Source: Sminthopsis crassicaudata (lineage: Eukaryota). From it: DNA of 64,000 bases. The stretch lies in NCBI RefSeq assembly GCF_048593235.1, contig NC_133618.1:245917882-245981881 (forward strand), given 5' to 3'. Within the stretch, counting starts at the first letter, position 1. Each line of letters starts with the position of its first letter. The notes beneath the pieces were generated by a model. The model worked only from the letters and a program-made list of their open reading frames with translations. It did no database searches and had not been told where the DNA came from. Below are positions 24,791 to 38,306 of this stretch, piece by piece. The position numbers were made by a program, and so were the translations under genes.

Positions 24791-27700
24791 AATGTCGACT
24801 GTGACCTAGAACAATGCATAGTTCAAAATGCTCATGAACTGGACTAGGCCCCTGACCTTGGCTTCCTTTAGCTCCCTGACATAATATAGGGGCTAACCAA
24901 CTGTAGAATGTGAAAAGTTGAAACAGAAAACAATCATGATGCATAGTGATGGAAGAAAGTAGAGAGAGACTTTCTTTAAGAAAAAATAAAACAAAAGCAA
25001 AAGAACAGCTTGTAGATGAACAAAACTCTTTCCTAGAATACCACAAAAAATCAACCAGCTTAATTTTGATTCTTTCATTCTATGTGTTGCTCTCATTCCA
25101 ACTTGCTAATCAGTCACCCTAAACCTCCATTGCAATTGACCCACTTTCATAGCCTTCCAAACACACATGTATTTTAGGTTGTTCAGCCTGGAACTTCAGT
25201 TTGTTAGTAAGGGAAAGGATTCCAATTTCAGCAGAGGCAGATGCAGGTTTTTCATATGGTTCAGCTTACTGCATAGAGCTCTGGGAAGTAACTGGAGATG
25301 GCTTAAGCTGATCCTTTGCCACCAAGCCTTCTGGCTCCTCCTCCATCCATAGTTATTCCCAGGACAATTCCAAGTTAGCTGGGGTAGATGAATTTTTTCT
25401 TTAATTGTGTGTTCTGTGTTTTTTCTTCAGTTCTTAGCCTGGAACCAATAAAATGATTTCCAAATTCTGGAAATTTAGGAATTTTGGAAATTTGGTAAAT
25501 TTAGAGAATGACTTCCACTTACAATGGAACTCTCAGAATGTACTCAAGCTAAAAGCTGAGTTTAAAAATATCTTTGCTCTACACTTAGCAACTGAGATAT
25601 AAATGAAGGAATTTAGCCTTGCTACTCTTCTAGTTAGGTTCATAAGGGGGCTGATGTATATCTCAATGCAGAAACACCACTAAAAACGTCCAGCCTTAAT
25701 TAAATGGTTGATAGAGAATGTTTAGAGCATTTAAAGAAATGCCACAACATTTTCTGACTAGACTGCAGACAGAACTCTGGTATGAACATTTGAACCCTGC
25801 TTAGAAAGAAATAGGACTTAACTACATTGAGATGCTGCTTTTTACAACCAGAGATCTACATTAATCATGAGGGAAGAGGGAGAATGGCAGGGGGGTGGAA
25901 GTTCCAGTAATTAAATATTTTCCCAGACAAGCAAATCATGACTTAACATTTAAGATGCTACAGTAGTATGTATACGTTTCTGACATTCTCTGTCCTTTGA
26001 GATAAACATGAGACTTTTGTGTCACTCTAACATGAATGTTAACTACTCTTTGTAGAGTGTGGCAATATCCAACCAATTTCTTACATATGTGAAGAGTCCA
26101 AAGGCAAGCGGACTTTCTAAATGACAAAAAGACAAAAGAAACCGAATTAATGCTGGGATGGAGCTTCAGTTCAAAGGTGCTCTGGAGCACACAAACTCCA
26201 ATCAGATAAAAGTGGAAAGTTCATTTTTGGAGACAGAGGATTTGTTTTTACTTCCCACTGCCACACCTTATTATCTGTGAATGTGGACATTTAAGTACCC
26301 TTGGTTCAGTACTATCAGATATTCAGGTGGGCTGAACCAAGAAAACTTCCAAGTATTTCAAGCTCTCTTCATAGCCGAGAGCCTATGAGTTTTGAGGTTA
26401 GTTTATAATCAAGAAGACAAGCGTTTTAGTCTTGTCTAGACATGTACTAACTGTGTGATAATGGACAAGTTACTTTACCTCCTAGAAACTAAGGCAACTC
26501 TTTTAGACTACAAATTACAGAAGAGGTGAAGATTTATGTGATTGGTTGGCATTTCTGTACCAGGAGCTTCCAAAGGAATGACATTTTAAGTTCACCCCCC
26601 CCAATTCAATATCTACAACATTCCTTTAAATATGGTAAGTGTTCTACATTTATATAGAATTAAATGCTTTTGGAAGGGAATTAAAAGGAAGGCTTTTGTT
26701 CTGAATAGTTTTGTAGTGTGTTAATGTAGTATAGCATTATTATTTTGATGGGAGCAAATAAATTAATGTATGTAACCCACTTTGCAAACTTAAAAGGCTA
26801 TATAATGCAAGCTGTTACGATTATTATTATTGCCATTATTTATGATGCTTTGGTGTGTTTGAGAAGTAGGTACATAGGGCCCAAGAGAGTGTCCTCCAAA
26901 CTTTCTGGATAAAATTAATGACAATAATAATTAGTCACAATTATTATTATTACAATATTAGCATAATTATAAATAGTTAATAACTGATTTATAAGAAAAC
27001 TGGACCAAAGTTGTTTTTTGGATTCCTGCTTCAGTTGGGAACATAAATCTATAATTTGTACTCTGGAATATATATTGTGTGCTCAGCTTTTCACAGTCTC
27101 TTTTTAATAAAACAATAACAGCTGCACCACAGAACTGAACTGTTAATCTGGCAGTAAATTTATCCAGGAAATTTATTGCCATGGTTGTATTTCAGAAATT
27201 GACCATATTATCCCAGGAGGAGGCACAATTATACACTTAAGAATAAAAGTCACACAGGATTTAGTTGGCGCCTCTTGTCTGAAGATTTCAAAGAGTCTGC
27301 CTGTTATTCTTCCTCTTCTACCCAATATCCTACAGGAAAGAAGGGCAAGGAGGCTGAGAGAAAGGGAGGCTTTGTCCAAGGTAAAATGTCAAGGCAACCA
27401 AAAAAAACAACCCATAGTTTCCTTCCATCTTCAGACAGTGTACCTGGGGACAGTGGCTTCTTTAGCCATGAGGTGCATATGGCTTTCACCCTAGCAGTGT
27501 GTGTAGGTGCATCTGGGTGCATCTCTAAGAGGATAAACTAGTAGTTAAGCCAGAAAGGAAAATTGAAAAAAAAAAGAAAAAAGAAAGTAAAGCAGAAGAA
27601 AAGAACACAACAATAATGAAAACTGACATTTAATTTTACAGTCCTAAAAGTTCTTTACATGTTTTGCCTCCCTTTAGTCTCTTGCAGATTCTGAGAGGTT

Positions 27701-29009
27701 AGTAATATTAGTATTAACTTCTACCATTTTACAGATGAAACAACTGAATGTCAGAGAAGTGCATAAACTTGGTCACATAGCTAGTCAGTGTCAGAGGTGT
27801 TCTTCATTCCAACAGCATATTCTCTGACTATGCTACTTGATATCCTAAAAAGCATAACAAAAGTGCTTGATCGAAGGAAGTGGAAAGGAAAGAGAAGAGA
27901 GAGAAAATAGACAACATGGTATGGGTCAGTAGTGTCAAACTCAAATATCCTGAAGAAGGGACCACTTCACTTTCCACATAAAGAATCAGAGACCCAGAAA
28001 GTTTAGTGGGTTTGCCCAAAACAGCCATACCAATGGACTGTATTGCTTAAGTCCTACTTTAGTTATCTGTGAAAAGGTGAGTTTGGGTTGAATTATTTCT
28101 AATGTCCCTTCTTTCTATAAAATCTGTGATCTTTGGGAATTTAATTGGAAATGCTGTGTGAGATCCCAGCAACATTGACACAATAAAGTGAACAGGGAGA
28201 TTGGCTAACATAACCTACAAAAAGACATTGTCTCAGGTGGATAAATCTTCATCAAGTTTTTCCTCCTGTTTCCAAGCATGGTGTGTTTGTCCCTGGGCCC
28301 ATGTTGAATTCTTTCGCAATGGACCAAGGTTTTAAACTCTGTGCTACTTCCTATTTAGCACCTACCTTTTGAATATACCTTTGAATTCTAGCTTGTCTTG
28401 GCTGGACTTATTCTCTTGAATAATGACTCTAGAGCATGACTCTTTCACCAGAAAAGTTCATTTTATTGGGTCTTGCTAATTGTCCCTTAATCACTGGCAT
28501 CCATAAAGTATATATCCTTTTTAGGGGGTATGGGTTTGATAGGTAGTATGGAGAGTGATCCCATCTTGGCCACAGACAAAACTGTGATTGACAATCTTTG
28601 TCCTTGGAGCAAGCATTATGAAATGTGAGGGTGGGAGTTATTTGAGGTATAGATGCCAGAGGAGGAATTAGTCTCATGCTTCTGGGGAGGCTCTAAGTGG
28701 GTTGAGAAGTAAGGGATTGGTTTGGCTGGTGAGGAGCCTACATAGGGTAAAGTATTTCCTGGGCTTCTGATAAGTCTGCAACCAGGGAGCAAGGCAGGGA
28801 GTTTAAATTTTAGCACGCTGGACAGAGCCCAGCCACAGACCCTTCCCCATCCCCCTTTTAGGGTTCTGTCCAGAAAGTCATTAAGTGACATGTCTGACAC
28901 TGGTTGATGGTTGGCTAATTATTTCAAAGAGGACAAATAAAAGGAAGTCTACATTCTAATTTAGGCAATAAAAATATGAATGGAAAAATGTGTGAGGATT
29001 AAAAGCCAA

Positions 29010-29590
29010 ACAAATATTTGCTCAATTAATCAAAAGAAATTATTGAGCAAAAATTATGTAAAGCATTTTGTTGGACACAGAGAGAAGTTGAAGGATGAAA
29101 AAATAGAATCTCTGCCCTTAGGGATAAGAAGCCTGTCAAGATATATGATAATATCTCATAAGCAATGTATCAAATATACTCTGGGAACAATAATAATTAT
29201 GGAAGTTTAGAGGAAAGAGAAATGACTTTTAATTGAAGATAATTATGGAAGAAGAGAAGCTTGAGTTGGGCCATGAAGAATAAATTGTATTTACCTAGAT
29301 GCAAAACATTCTAGATGAGAGGATGAATGATGTGAGTAGAGGCAGAAGTAGTAAAACTCAGAACTTATTTGGGATTAGGGTTGGACAATGAAAAGAATGA
29401 ACTCACAGAATTTGTGTAGATATATAGTAAAATATATTGCTATAAATATATAAAGACTGGGGTGAGGTTATGGAGTATCTTAAATACCAGAATAAATCTG
29501 GACTTTTTCCAGTTGAAAATGGGAGCTCTTTTGAAGATTTTTTTTGAGCAGGGGAGCAGTCTAATCAAAATGATAATTTAGGAAGAAATA
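29010..29590 (-). mobile_element. L2 3' fragment
   Basis: Antisense L2 tail followed by a purine-rich body (gactttaattgaag...ggtgaggttatggagtatcttaaatacca...ttgagcaggggag). Confidence 0.6.
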
Positions 29591-30254
29591 TTTCCTTCCT
29601 CCCTTTTTTTTGTCTTGGCATTGCAACATTTAGCAAAAAAATTTGCACCTAATAAGTGCTCAGTAAATGATTGTTGATTGAATTTTACATAGGGTAGTTT
29701 ATAAATCTCTAAACATTTATTAAGTGCCTACTATGCACCAGCCACTGTGCTAAGTGCTAAAGAAACAAACAAACAAACAAAAACCAATATTTTATAGAGG
29801 AAGTAAAAGTACATGTGAAAACATTTGTATGGCTTATAAACATTTTCAATGATCCTTCTTCCTGGCTACCAGCATTCTAGTGATGAATTAGTGGGGCTAG
29901 GTTCATACATTCAGTACTTTTTATTCTATCTGTCCCAGGTCTTAATCCAAGACTAGTATAAGTCTGGGCAAATTATTACTTCTTAGTGAGGTTTGGGCAG
30001 AAGGTAAAAGTCCAAGGGATTGTTGGGGAATTTTGGCTTTGCACCTCAGTGTGTGTGACCAGAGAGAGTCTGTAATGTTTAGGGAAAACAATCTTTAGCT
30101 CCATTATTAACACAGTTGTGTATCATAATCCTAAATTGAGTTAGCATTTATTTTTATACTATAGAACTTGCATTTTTCCTCCAAAATCCAGCTTTTTATA
30201 AAACCTGTGATATTGAATTATGCTTTTAGTGGGATGAACTAGAAAAATATTTTG

Positions 30255-30460
30255 AAAGATAGCATAGTCCACTGGAGTCAGAAAGGTTGAACTTCAATCC
30301 CTGCCTCTGAATAAGCAGGCAGTTTCAGACAAATCAATAAACCTCTTTCAGTCTTAGTTTTCTCATCTTAAAAATGGGAATAATAATAATTATTAGATTA
30401 TTGTGAGGATCAGATGAAAAGATGCATATGAATCATTTCACAAGTGTACTATATAAAATC
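30255..30460 (+). mobile_element. MIR
   Basis: ctggagtcagaaagg...cttagttttctcatcttaaaaatgggaataataataat...ttgtgaggatcagatga. Confidence 0.8.
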
Positions 30461-32275
30461 ATCTATTTCTATTAAGAGAATAACAAAGAAAGTGAGAAAG
30501 ATGAAAAGTCGTGAGATAAATATGAATAGAAAGAATGTTGAATTTGGAGTAAAAGGATATATTTTCAAATTTTAACTTTTCCTCTCGCTTACTTATATAA
30601 TCTTGGACAAATCATTTAGCTTCAATTTTCTCATTTGTACAATGAAAGAGTTAAACTACTAGATGACTTTTAATGTCCCTTACATCTCTAAATTTATAAT
30701 CCTATGATCTATAGTTGAACAGAAAGAAACATAAAGAAAATACTTTATAATAAATTATTACTTTCAGTACATTAATTTTGAATAGTCAATTCTTTGGTAT
30801 ATATCTGCATAATTTCTCCTTTAAAAGAAATCTTATTTTAGGGGTATGTTCTATATTTGGAACCATATCATCTTGGTAAATTTGCTTATAGGATTCAATA
30901 CTTTGATTGCTCGTGGTCTTGGCTATAGTGTGTTTACTTCCAGTGAGGAGAAGTTTCTGATGATTCCTGAAGAAGAGGGAGAAGGTTCTTCTACAAGTAG
31001 CAGGACAGAAATTCATTGAAGTGTCTATGGGAAAATTTCAGAGAAATAAAGAAAAGCTTCAAGCAAGCTCCTCTTAGCCATATATGAAGGAACCTCTTAT
31101 CCCACAAGAGTGTGTGTATGTGTGGAGAGGGGGTGTCGTTTGTTTGTTTCTTTCATCACATAAGAAAAATTTACAAAGATTCTCACAACTGGGAAGTGAT
31201 GGCTGGACTTTGCACTAACTTTAGTGAGAAGCTTTGATCTGTGATCCTAGTAGAAGGGGAGAATTGTGGCCAGAATCTTGTTTTCCTAAATTGTATGGAG
31301 GGAAAAGAAAATAAATTTATTAAAGGTTTGAGAAAGGACAGACTTTTTCTAATAAATATCTTAGAAGAAAACTAAGAAGTGTCTTTCTCAGATTCATAAC
31401 ATACCATGTACTCAACAAGCTTCAGGGATATAAACCAGCAGAATTATAAAAGAAACCCAGATCCCTGTAACATATGGTATGGCAGAAGCTAATGATAACA
31501 TACCATAAAATGAAACAGATGGAGATTAGTGAGGGAAAAAAAGCAGCCACTTCTATTACATTGGAGTGTCTTTGAAGGGGTAATCAGAATAAGGCTGTTT
31601 TGTGTATCACACTTTAAACCTTTTAAAATACTTCTATTCTCTCATCCGATGGTCATAACAACCTTACAAGGTAAATGAGGCAAGTATTATTTTTATTATC
31701 ATGACTGATTCTATTTTGAAAAATAAGGAAAGTAAGATTCAGAGAACCTAAATGTTATAATCTACTGAGAACTAGATTCTAGACTCTTTCTAATGTTTCT
31801 ACTAGAAGCTTCTAAGATGTCACACTGCCATTTGGGAAAAAACACAAAATTTGCATTTTTGGTGATCTGTTTTCAGTAGGTCAAAAGACAATACTTCAAA
31901 TAGCATGTAACAGAATTTTTAAAAAAGATTTTGTTCTCCAATTTGATAAATTTCATTAATAGGATGCCTTGAGAGCTCTAAAAACTTGATAGATCCTTCC
32001 TAGTAAAATTCAGTTACCTGATTTATCTACTGGACTGAAGATACTTATCTCTTTCTCATTGTTGACCTTAGAGATTACTCCTCATATTTTGGGGGGCAAT
32101 ATTCTCATCAAGGTTTCAAACCAAAGTGAAAATTAAGGATTGAGGCATTTATCTAGCTAATTTGGGAAGAAGAAAATTAAGGCTTTTTTTGGGAAGAAGA
32201 AAATAAAGGCTTTTGTTGTGGATAGGAGGGTGTCAGAATTTGTTTCTTAATAGTTAAGGCATAAAATCACTAATT

Positions 32276-32278
<3 letters not shown>

Positions 32279-32306
<28 letters not shown>
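32279..32306. repeat. Poly-T tract
   Basis: Uninterrupted T run at the end of an antisense MIR-like segment. Confidence 0.9.
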
Positions 32307-32309
<3 letters not shown>

Positions 32310-34987
32310 AATTGACATTTTTATAGAGCCTTAACATTTACTAAGCACTTTATACAAGTCATGGTATTTGAGGTTTATTAACCACTCTGTGTGATAAAAA
32401 TTATTGTTTCTGTTTTACACATAATAAAACTAAGATTTTCCTCATCATACAATTAAAAATAGTTAAGGCATATTAGTATTATATAGTACTGAGACGCAGA
32501 AGAACTGCATCAGAAGGAATCACTATAATTTTTATTTTGGACTGAGGTCCTATTCCTAAGCTGTGGAGTATGCATTTATCCAATGTTTAACAGAGTCCTT
32601 GGAATAATTTTATATTTTAAAATGATGTTTTACTATTTATCCTTAAAAGTATGATCATACTTGCCTCATCTACCTTGTAATGTTGTTATGATGATAAGAT
32701 GAGAGAATAGAAGTATTTTAAAAGGTTTAAAGTGTGATACACAAAACAGCATTATTCTGATTACTCCTTCAAAGACACTCCAATGAGCTACATTGCTCAA
32801 ACTAGTTTTATAATTATACATTAAAAGTGCTTTTTCTTAATAATATTTGAGCATGTTGGTAGCAAAAGAGTGTTAGATTAGAGAATCTAGTTTTAAACTA
32901 TATTTATTATACAAAATACACACATATGTATGTATGTATATACTTATACCTATTATACATACATGCACATTAACTATGAAACCATAGACAAATTACATAA
33001 CCTCTTTTTCCTTCTCTATAAAATGAGAACATTGGATTGGATCACCGTCTACGATCCCTTTCAGGTATGATTCTCTTATCTGAGCTTTAGTCCAGAGAAA
33101 AAATGATTCACATTTTGGGATTTCTTAATTTGATTTTCTCTACTCACTTTTAACTGTTTTTCTAATTATGGAATAATGGTGATCATGGCTGTCAAAGATT
33201 ATGTCTACAGAATTTAAGCTCTTGTAGATCTATTAAACTTGGAGAGCTTTGAGTACAGTGTATTTTGACATCCAATGCTATCAAAATTTGGATAGCATTA
33301 TACTGCACTTGATCAATTATTTTTTTTGCTATAGAATTTATAAAACATGGCTTATGATCTGTCATTATAAAAGGGATATCCACATTGATTAAATCATGAA
33401 GTGCTTGAAGCATTAATAAGAAATTTTATGTATCTTTATAAATATTTAAGTGTCTTTAAAGATAGTTTCAGTAGATCCTAGTTATACCATAGAGCACACA
33501 ATCTAGGCTTGGTCTACTTGTACTCATTTATATTTTATGTAAGAGCTACTGATAACAGGTGATCTGGATTCAGAATTAAAAAGAAAGAAATCAGGCTGGC
33601 TCACATTTAGGAAAACTACATATTGTTTGCTTTTACAAACAAAATGTTTTGCTTTTTTTCCATCTTTTTGAACATTACTAATCTGTCAATGATGCTATAA
33701 GGCTGCAAATCACATGATGCCAAAACCTCAATTTCAGGTGACTCATAGAATAATAACTACATAATAGGTAAGTATCAGTAGGTAACCATAATTTATCAAT
33801 GATGGTTTGCATACAAGAAGCATAAAATACAATTAGAGAATACACATGCATGTTTATACAGTCACACATACATATATAAACATACACATGAACAAGAAAG
33901 ATTCTGCTTTAAATAATCATCTCTTAGAAGAGCCACAATTCTTCTCACAGCAAAGAACATGTAAAATTCTCATCTTCCTCTTCTCCTTATCCTCAAATCA
34001 GAGAAGACAGCAAAAGGCAACACAAGTCCTTCAAAAGTTTCCCCTCAGGCTGTAGATGGTAGTTTACCATAGACATAGCCTTTCCTTCTCCAGCCAAGCA
34101 AGTGTCAACAATGCAGTTCTTCTAATCAACACTACTTTAGCAAAAAAGCTGTATATTTTCTAGTGAGCTCTGATCAGTTCTTCTCAGCTCCTATATTCTA
34201 TCTTCTCTAAATTACTTCTCTAATTACCTATGCCTTTTTTGCCTTACTTATTACTCAGCTTCTATTCTTTTTTCTGTTTTCATCTGACCTCTCTCTTGTC
34301 TCTTCCCTACTCTTCTTTCTCTTTGGCTCATGATGCTTTAGATTAGGTTTTTCCTTATACACAGTGGTGCATCTCTAACATTATACGAAACTCTACAATT
34401 CTACTTTTCTGTAAAGTATGATGCCACAGTCTAGTACTTATACAATTTTATGATTTATCTAGCATTCCCTTTGAACTACAATGTCCAAAGTCAGTAGTGC
34501 CCCTCCTTTGACTAAAGGACAATTCTTTCAGAATCAATATCTCTCCTCAACATTATCAACAGATAAAAATCTGCTATGTTTTCTTTATACAAATATTATT
34601 TCTTTTTCCTTTTCAGCAGAAAAAATGTCAACATATGAAAGGAATGATTCTGTACAGCACCTGATAATTCTATACAACATTGATGCAAAAACATGCAAAA
34701 TATTGCAATTTGTGTTAGTGGAGGAGTGTTCAAACTAATGAAGTGATCAAACATTGAAAATATTAAAATATAATCTATGCACAGATATAATTATCTGACC
34801 TGAAGGCCAGCAAAATGCTTAGATTTAGTGAGCTAACAGATTAACAAAATGATTAATCTCTTCCAACATGTAAATAATAAATATTTAGGAATGTAAAAGA
34901 AGACCTCAATATGATACTATTTCATTTAATGAAACCACATGACCAAATTATATTTGTCTATTAGAATCTCAGTTCAATCTTTAATTT

Positions 34988-35101
34988 TAACAAGGTTTTG
35001 CAAGGGTCAAGATTGAAAATTATCTTTGCATATATTTCAAATAATAAAAAGCTATTATTATTATTGTTGTTGTTATTATTTTTTAAAAAAAGAAAAAAAT
35101 A
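34988..35101 (+). mobile_element. Very short L1 3' tail
   Basis: aacaaggttttgcaagggtcaagattgaaaattatctttgcatatat...taaaaagctatt plus A tail. Confidence 0.75.
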
Positions 35102-35949
35102 AATTTGCACTCTGAGTCCAAATTACATTATGTGGTGATAAGGATGTAGGGAAAGTGGTTAAATTTTTATGGAAATGTATGAAAAAATTTACATCAGGCA
35201 CAAATTGTGCTTTTATTGAAGCCAATAGCATCTTGGTATTTTAGGGTATTTTGGCAGGTGATTAGGCAAGAATCACCTGGACAGTAAAAGTAAATTAGAG
35301 TAAAATGGAGAAATTGGTAGATAATCAAGAAGATACATAAACATTAAGTAGCATTATTGTTATTATAATGATCATAGGACTTCAAGCTATGAAGGACCAT
35401 AGGGTACATATAGCCCAGCCTGTTCAATTGCCAGAGAAGAAAACTGAGGCCCAGAGAAGGAAATTGATTTCTCCAGCCTCACATTTGTAAGAAGTGACAT
35501 CTAGAATTTGAACTCAAGCATTACAGTACCCAATTTCTCACTCTTTTCACTCAAAATTTAGTTGTTCTGTGTTTTTTTTCCCATATTAGGGAGCTTTGCA
35601 CAGTATCTGCACAACTCAACTGAAATAATTATCTTCTACATCTGAATACATTTGGAAACATTTGGAGGCTGTAAACTTGTTTATATAATGTATGTTTAAA
35701 GACTAGGAAAGGTGGGAGGTGGGAGGAAAGACACATACACACAGGTAGAAAGAGACAGACATTTATTTAATACTATGTCTCTTGGCTGTATAGAAAATCA
35801 AGATGGTCTAATTGTCACAATACAAGTGAAACATCAGAATTTTTAAATGTTCCCAAATAGCAAATAGTGGCAAATTCCCATAAAATTCTCATTTTAGTCT
35901 TTCTAGTTATAAGTTGTGTTTTATTTTATGAAAAAAATGCTTCTCATGC

Positions 35950-36191
35950 TTGTTGTTTGTTTTCAGTTGTTTCAATAGTATGATTTTTTGTTGTCTCATT
36001 TGAAGTTTTCTTGGCAAAGATACTAGATTGGTTTGCCATTTCCTCCTCTAATATATTTTATAGATTGAGGAAGTAAGGAACATTGAATTAAATGACTGAC
36101 TATTAAGTTTCTGAGGCCAGATTTGAACTCAGGAAGATGAGTCTTCCTAACTTCAGCCCTGTCACTCTCTCCACTGTATCATTTAGTGTCC
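35950..36191 (-). mobile_element. MAR1-like SINE (MIR core with RTE-type tail)
   Basis: ttttcttggcaaagatactagattggtttgccatttcctcctc...ctgaggccagatttgaactcaggaagatgagtcttcct. Confidence 0.8.
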
Positions 36192-37702
36192 TTACAGAGA
36201 GGTGATAGACCTAAAGCACAGAATGAGACATACATTATTGAAGAGTGCAAATGTGTGGATTTTTTTTTAAATTAATGCTTCTTGGGACATGGCTGCAATC
36301 CTTTTTCTGAAATAAAAATTTAAATGTTCATCATAGCCCCCATTGTCAAGTAAACAATATCCTGGGGCAAGACTAAATACTTTTTAGAGTATTATCAGAA
36401 TTTCTCATGAATCTTTCCAAAACAAAAATCCAATAAGCTCCTCAGGGAAAGGTTGAATTTAATTAAATTATTAAGAACGACTTTCAGATTCTTGTTTTTC
36501 TTTATACTTAAGAAAAGTAATAATTACAATAATGAAAACCTTATGTGCTCTGGTTTTTACTATGTAGGCATGTGATTGTTTATGTCTCTTACTAGCTGCT
36601 CAGCATGAAGGGTCAAAGAAAAATAGACCATAGTGGTTTCCTTTTAATTTTTGCATTTTAGGTCAATAAATTATTACACCATAGTTAGATGTTAATACAA
36701 TTTGCTCTAGTTAGAGAAATTTCTTGGCCATGGACATATGCTCCTATTCTAACTCTCCATGTCTAGACTAAGGACCAATGCTAATGATGCCTCATATCTA
36801 TATCCTGCCTCCCAGTGAACACCTGCTTGGACTCTTACTCCTGAATTCTGGATTTTAGGCAAAGTAGGACATAGAGGAAAAAGGAGCCTAAAGATGTTCA
36901 AGATTCCAGTCCTGTCTGCTGCCACCATCTATTTCAATATCCAACAAATAATAGTACTTAATAAGTGGAAGGTAGGAAGAAAATAAGCAATACATGCCTA
37001 CTATGTGTTAGGCATTATGTCTAAGTGCTTTACAGATACCTCATTTGATTCTTCCAACAACCCTGGATGGTGTTATAGTCCTGTTTTATAGTTAAGGAAA
37101 CTGAGGCAGTCAGGTTAAGTTACTTATCTAGGGCCACACAACTAGCAAGTATCTAAGGCTGAATTTGAACTTAGATCTTCCGAGAAATCTTTGTGTGCCA
37201 CTTAGATATCTAGGTGCATTGAACTGAAAGAAGACCTTATTTCAAATCCTCCCTCAAATAATTTCTAGCTGTGAAACCAGGTAAAGTTTCTTAATCACTC
37301 TGTGCTTCACTTTTCTCACCAATAAAATTAGAGATAGAAAGTGCTGAATTCCAGTAAGTTGGAGAAAGAAATTCAAGTCGATTAATCTGTCAAAGGGGAT
37401 GGCAGTACCTGCTTCTGACTTCTCTTCATGAGATTACTGACTTAGCTGAAAACCAAATGTCCTTTACTGGCATTGGAAGAGAATCTGAGCTCTGCTCTCT
37501 CTCAATGTATTTAATGAGAAAAATGGCATTTGAATACCATGGTAACTTGAAATTAGTCTACATGAAGAAAATAATTTTAAACCTCATAATTTAACAGATG
37601 TGAAAAATTTCACAGGAATCAAATTTTTCTCCTCTCCTTTATTTGTCACATTTCCCTAACTTGTTATTTAACCACTTGCAAACCAAAATTTATCCTAAGT
37701 AC

Positions 37703-38306
37703 NNNNNNNNNNNNNNNNNNNNNNNNNNNNNNNNNNNNNNNNNNNNNNNNNNNNNNNNNNNNNNNNNNNNNNNNNNNNNNNNNNNNNNNNNNNNNNNNNN
37801 NNNNNNNNNNNNNNNNNNNNNNNNNNNNNNNNNNNNNNNNNNNNNNNNNNNNNNNNNNNNNNNNNNNNNNNNNNNNNNNNNNNNNNNNNNNNNNNNNNNN
37901 NNNNNNNNNNNNNNNNNNNNNNNNNNNNNNNNNNNNNNNNNNNNNNNNNNNNNNNNNNNNNNNNNNNNNNNNNNNNNNNNNNNNNNNNNNNNNNNNNNNN
38001 NNNNNNNNNNNNNNNNNNNNNNNNNNNNNNNNNNNNNNNNNNNNNNNNNNNNNNNNNNNNNNNNNNNNNNNNNNNNNNNNNNNNNNNNNNNNNNNNNNNN
38101 NNNNNNNNNNNNNNNNNNNNNNNNNNNNNNNNNNNNNNNNNNNNNNNNNNNNNNNNNNNNNNNNNNNNNNNNNNNNNNNNNNNNNNNNNNNNNNNNNNNN
38201 NNNNNNNNNNNNNNNNNNNNNNNNNNNNNNNNNNNNNNNNNNNNNNNNNNNNNNNNNNNNNNNNNNNNNNNNNNNNNNNNNNNNNNNNNNNNNNNNNNNN
38301 NNNNNN
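37703..38306. other. Assembly gap (N run)
   Basis: Run of n. Confidence 1.

Noticed and set aside
26564-26640. Plus exon candidate ending ATG|gtaagt
   Set aside because: Overlaps the tail of a marsupial MIR variant; peptide unremarkable.
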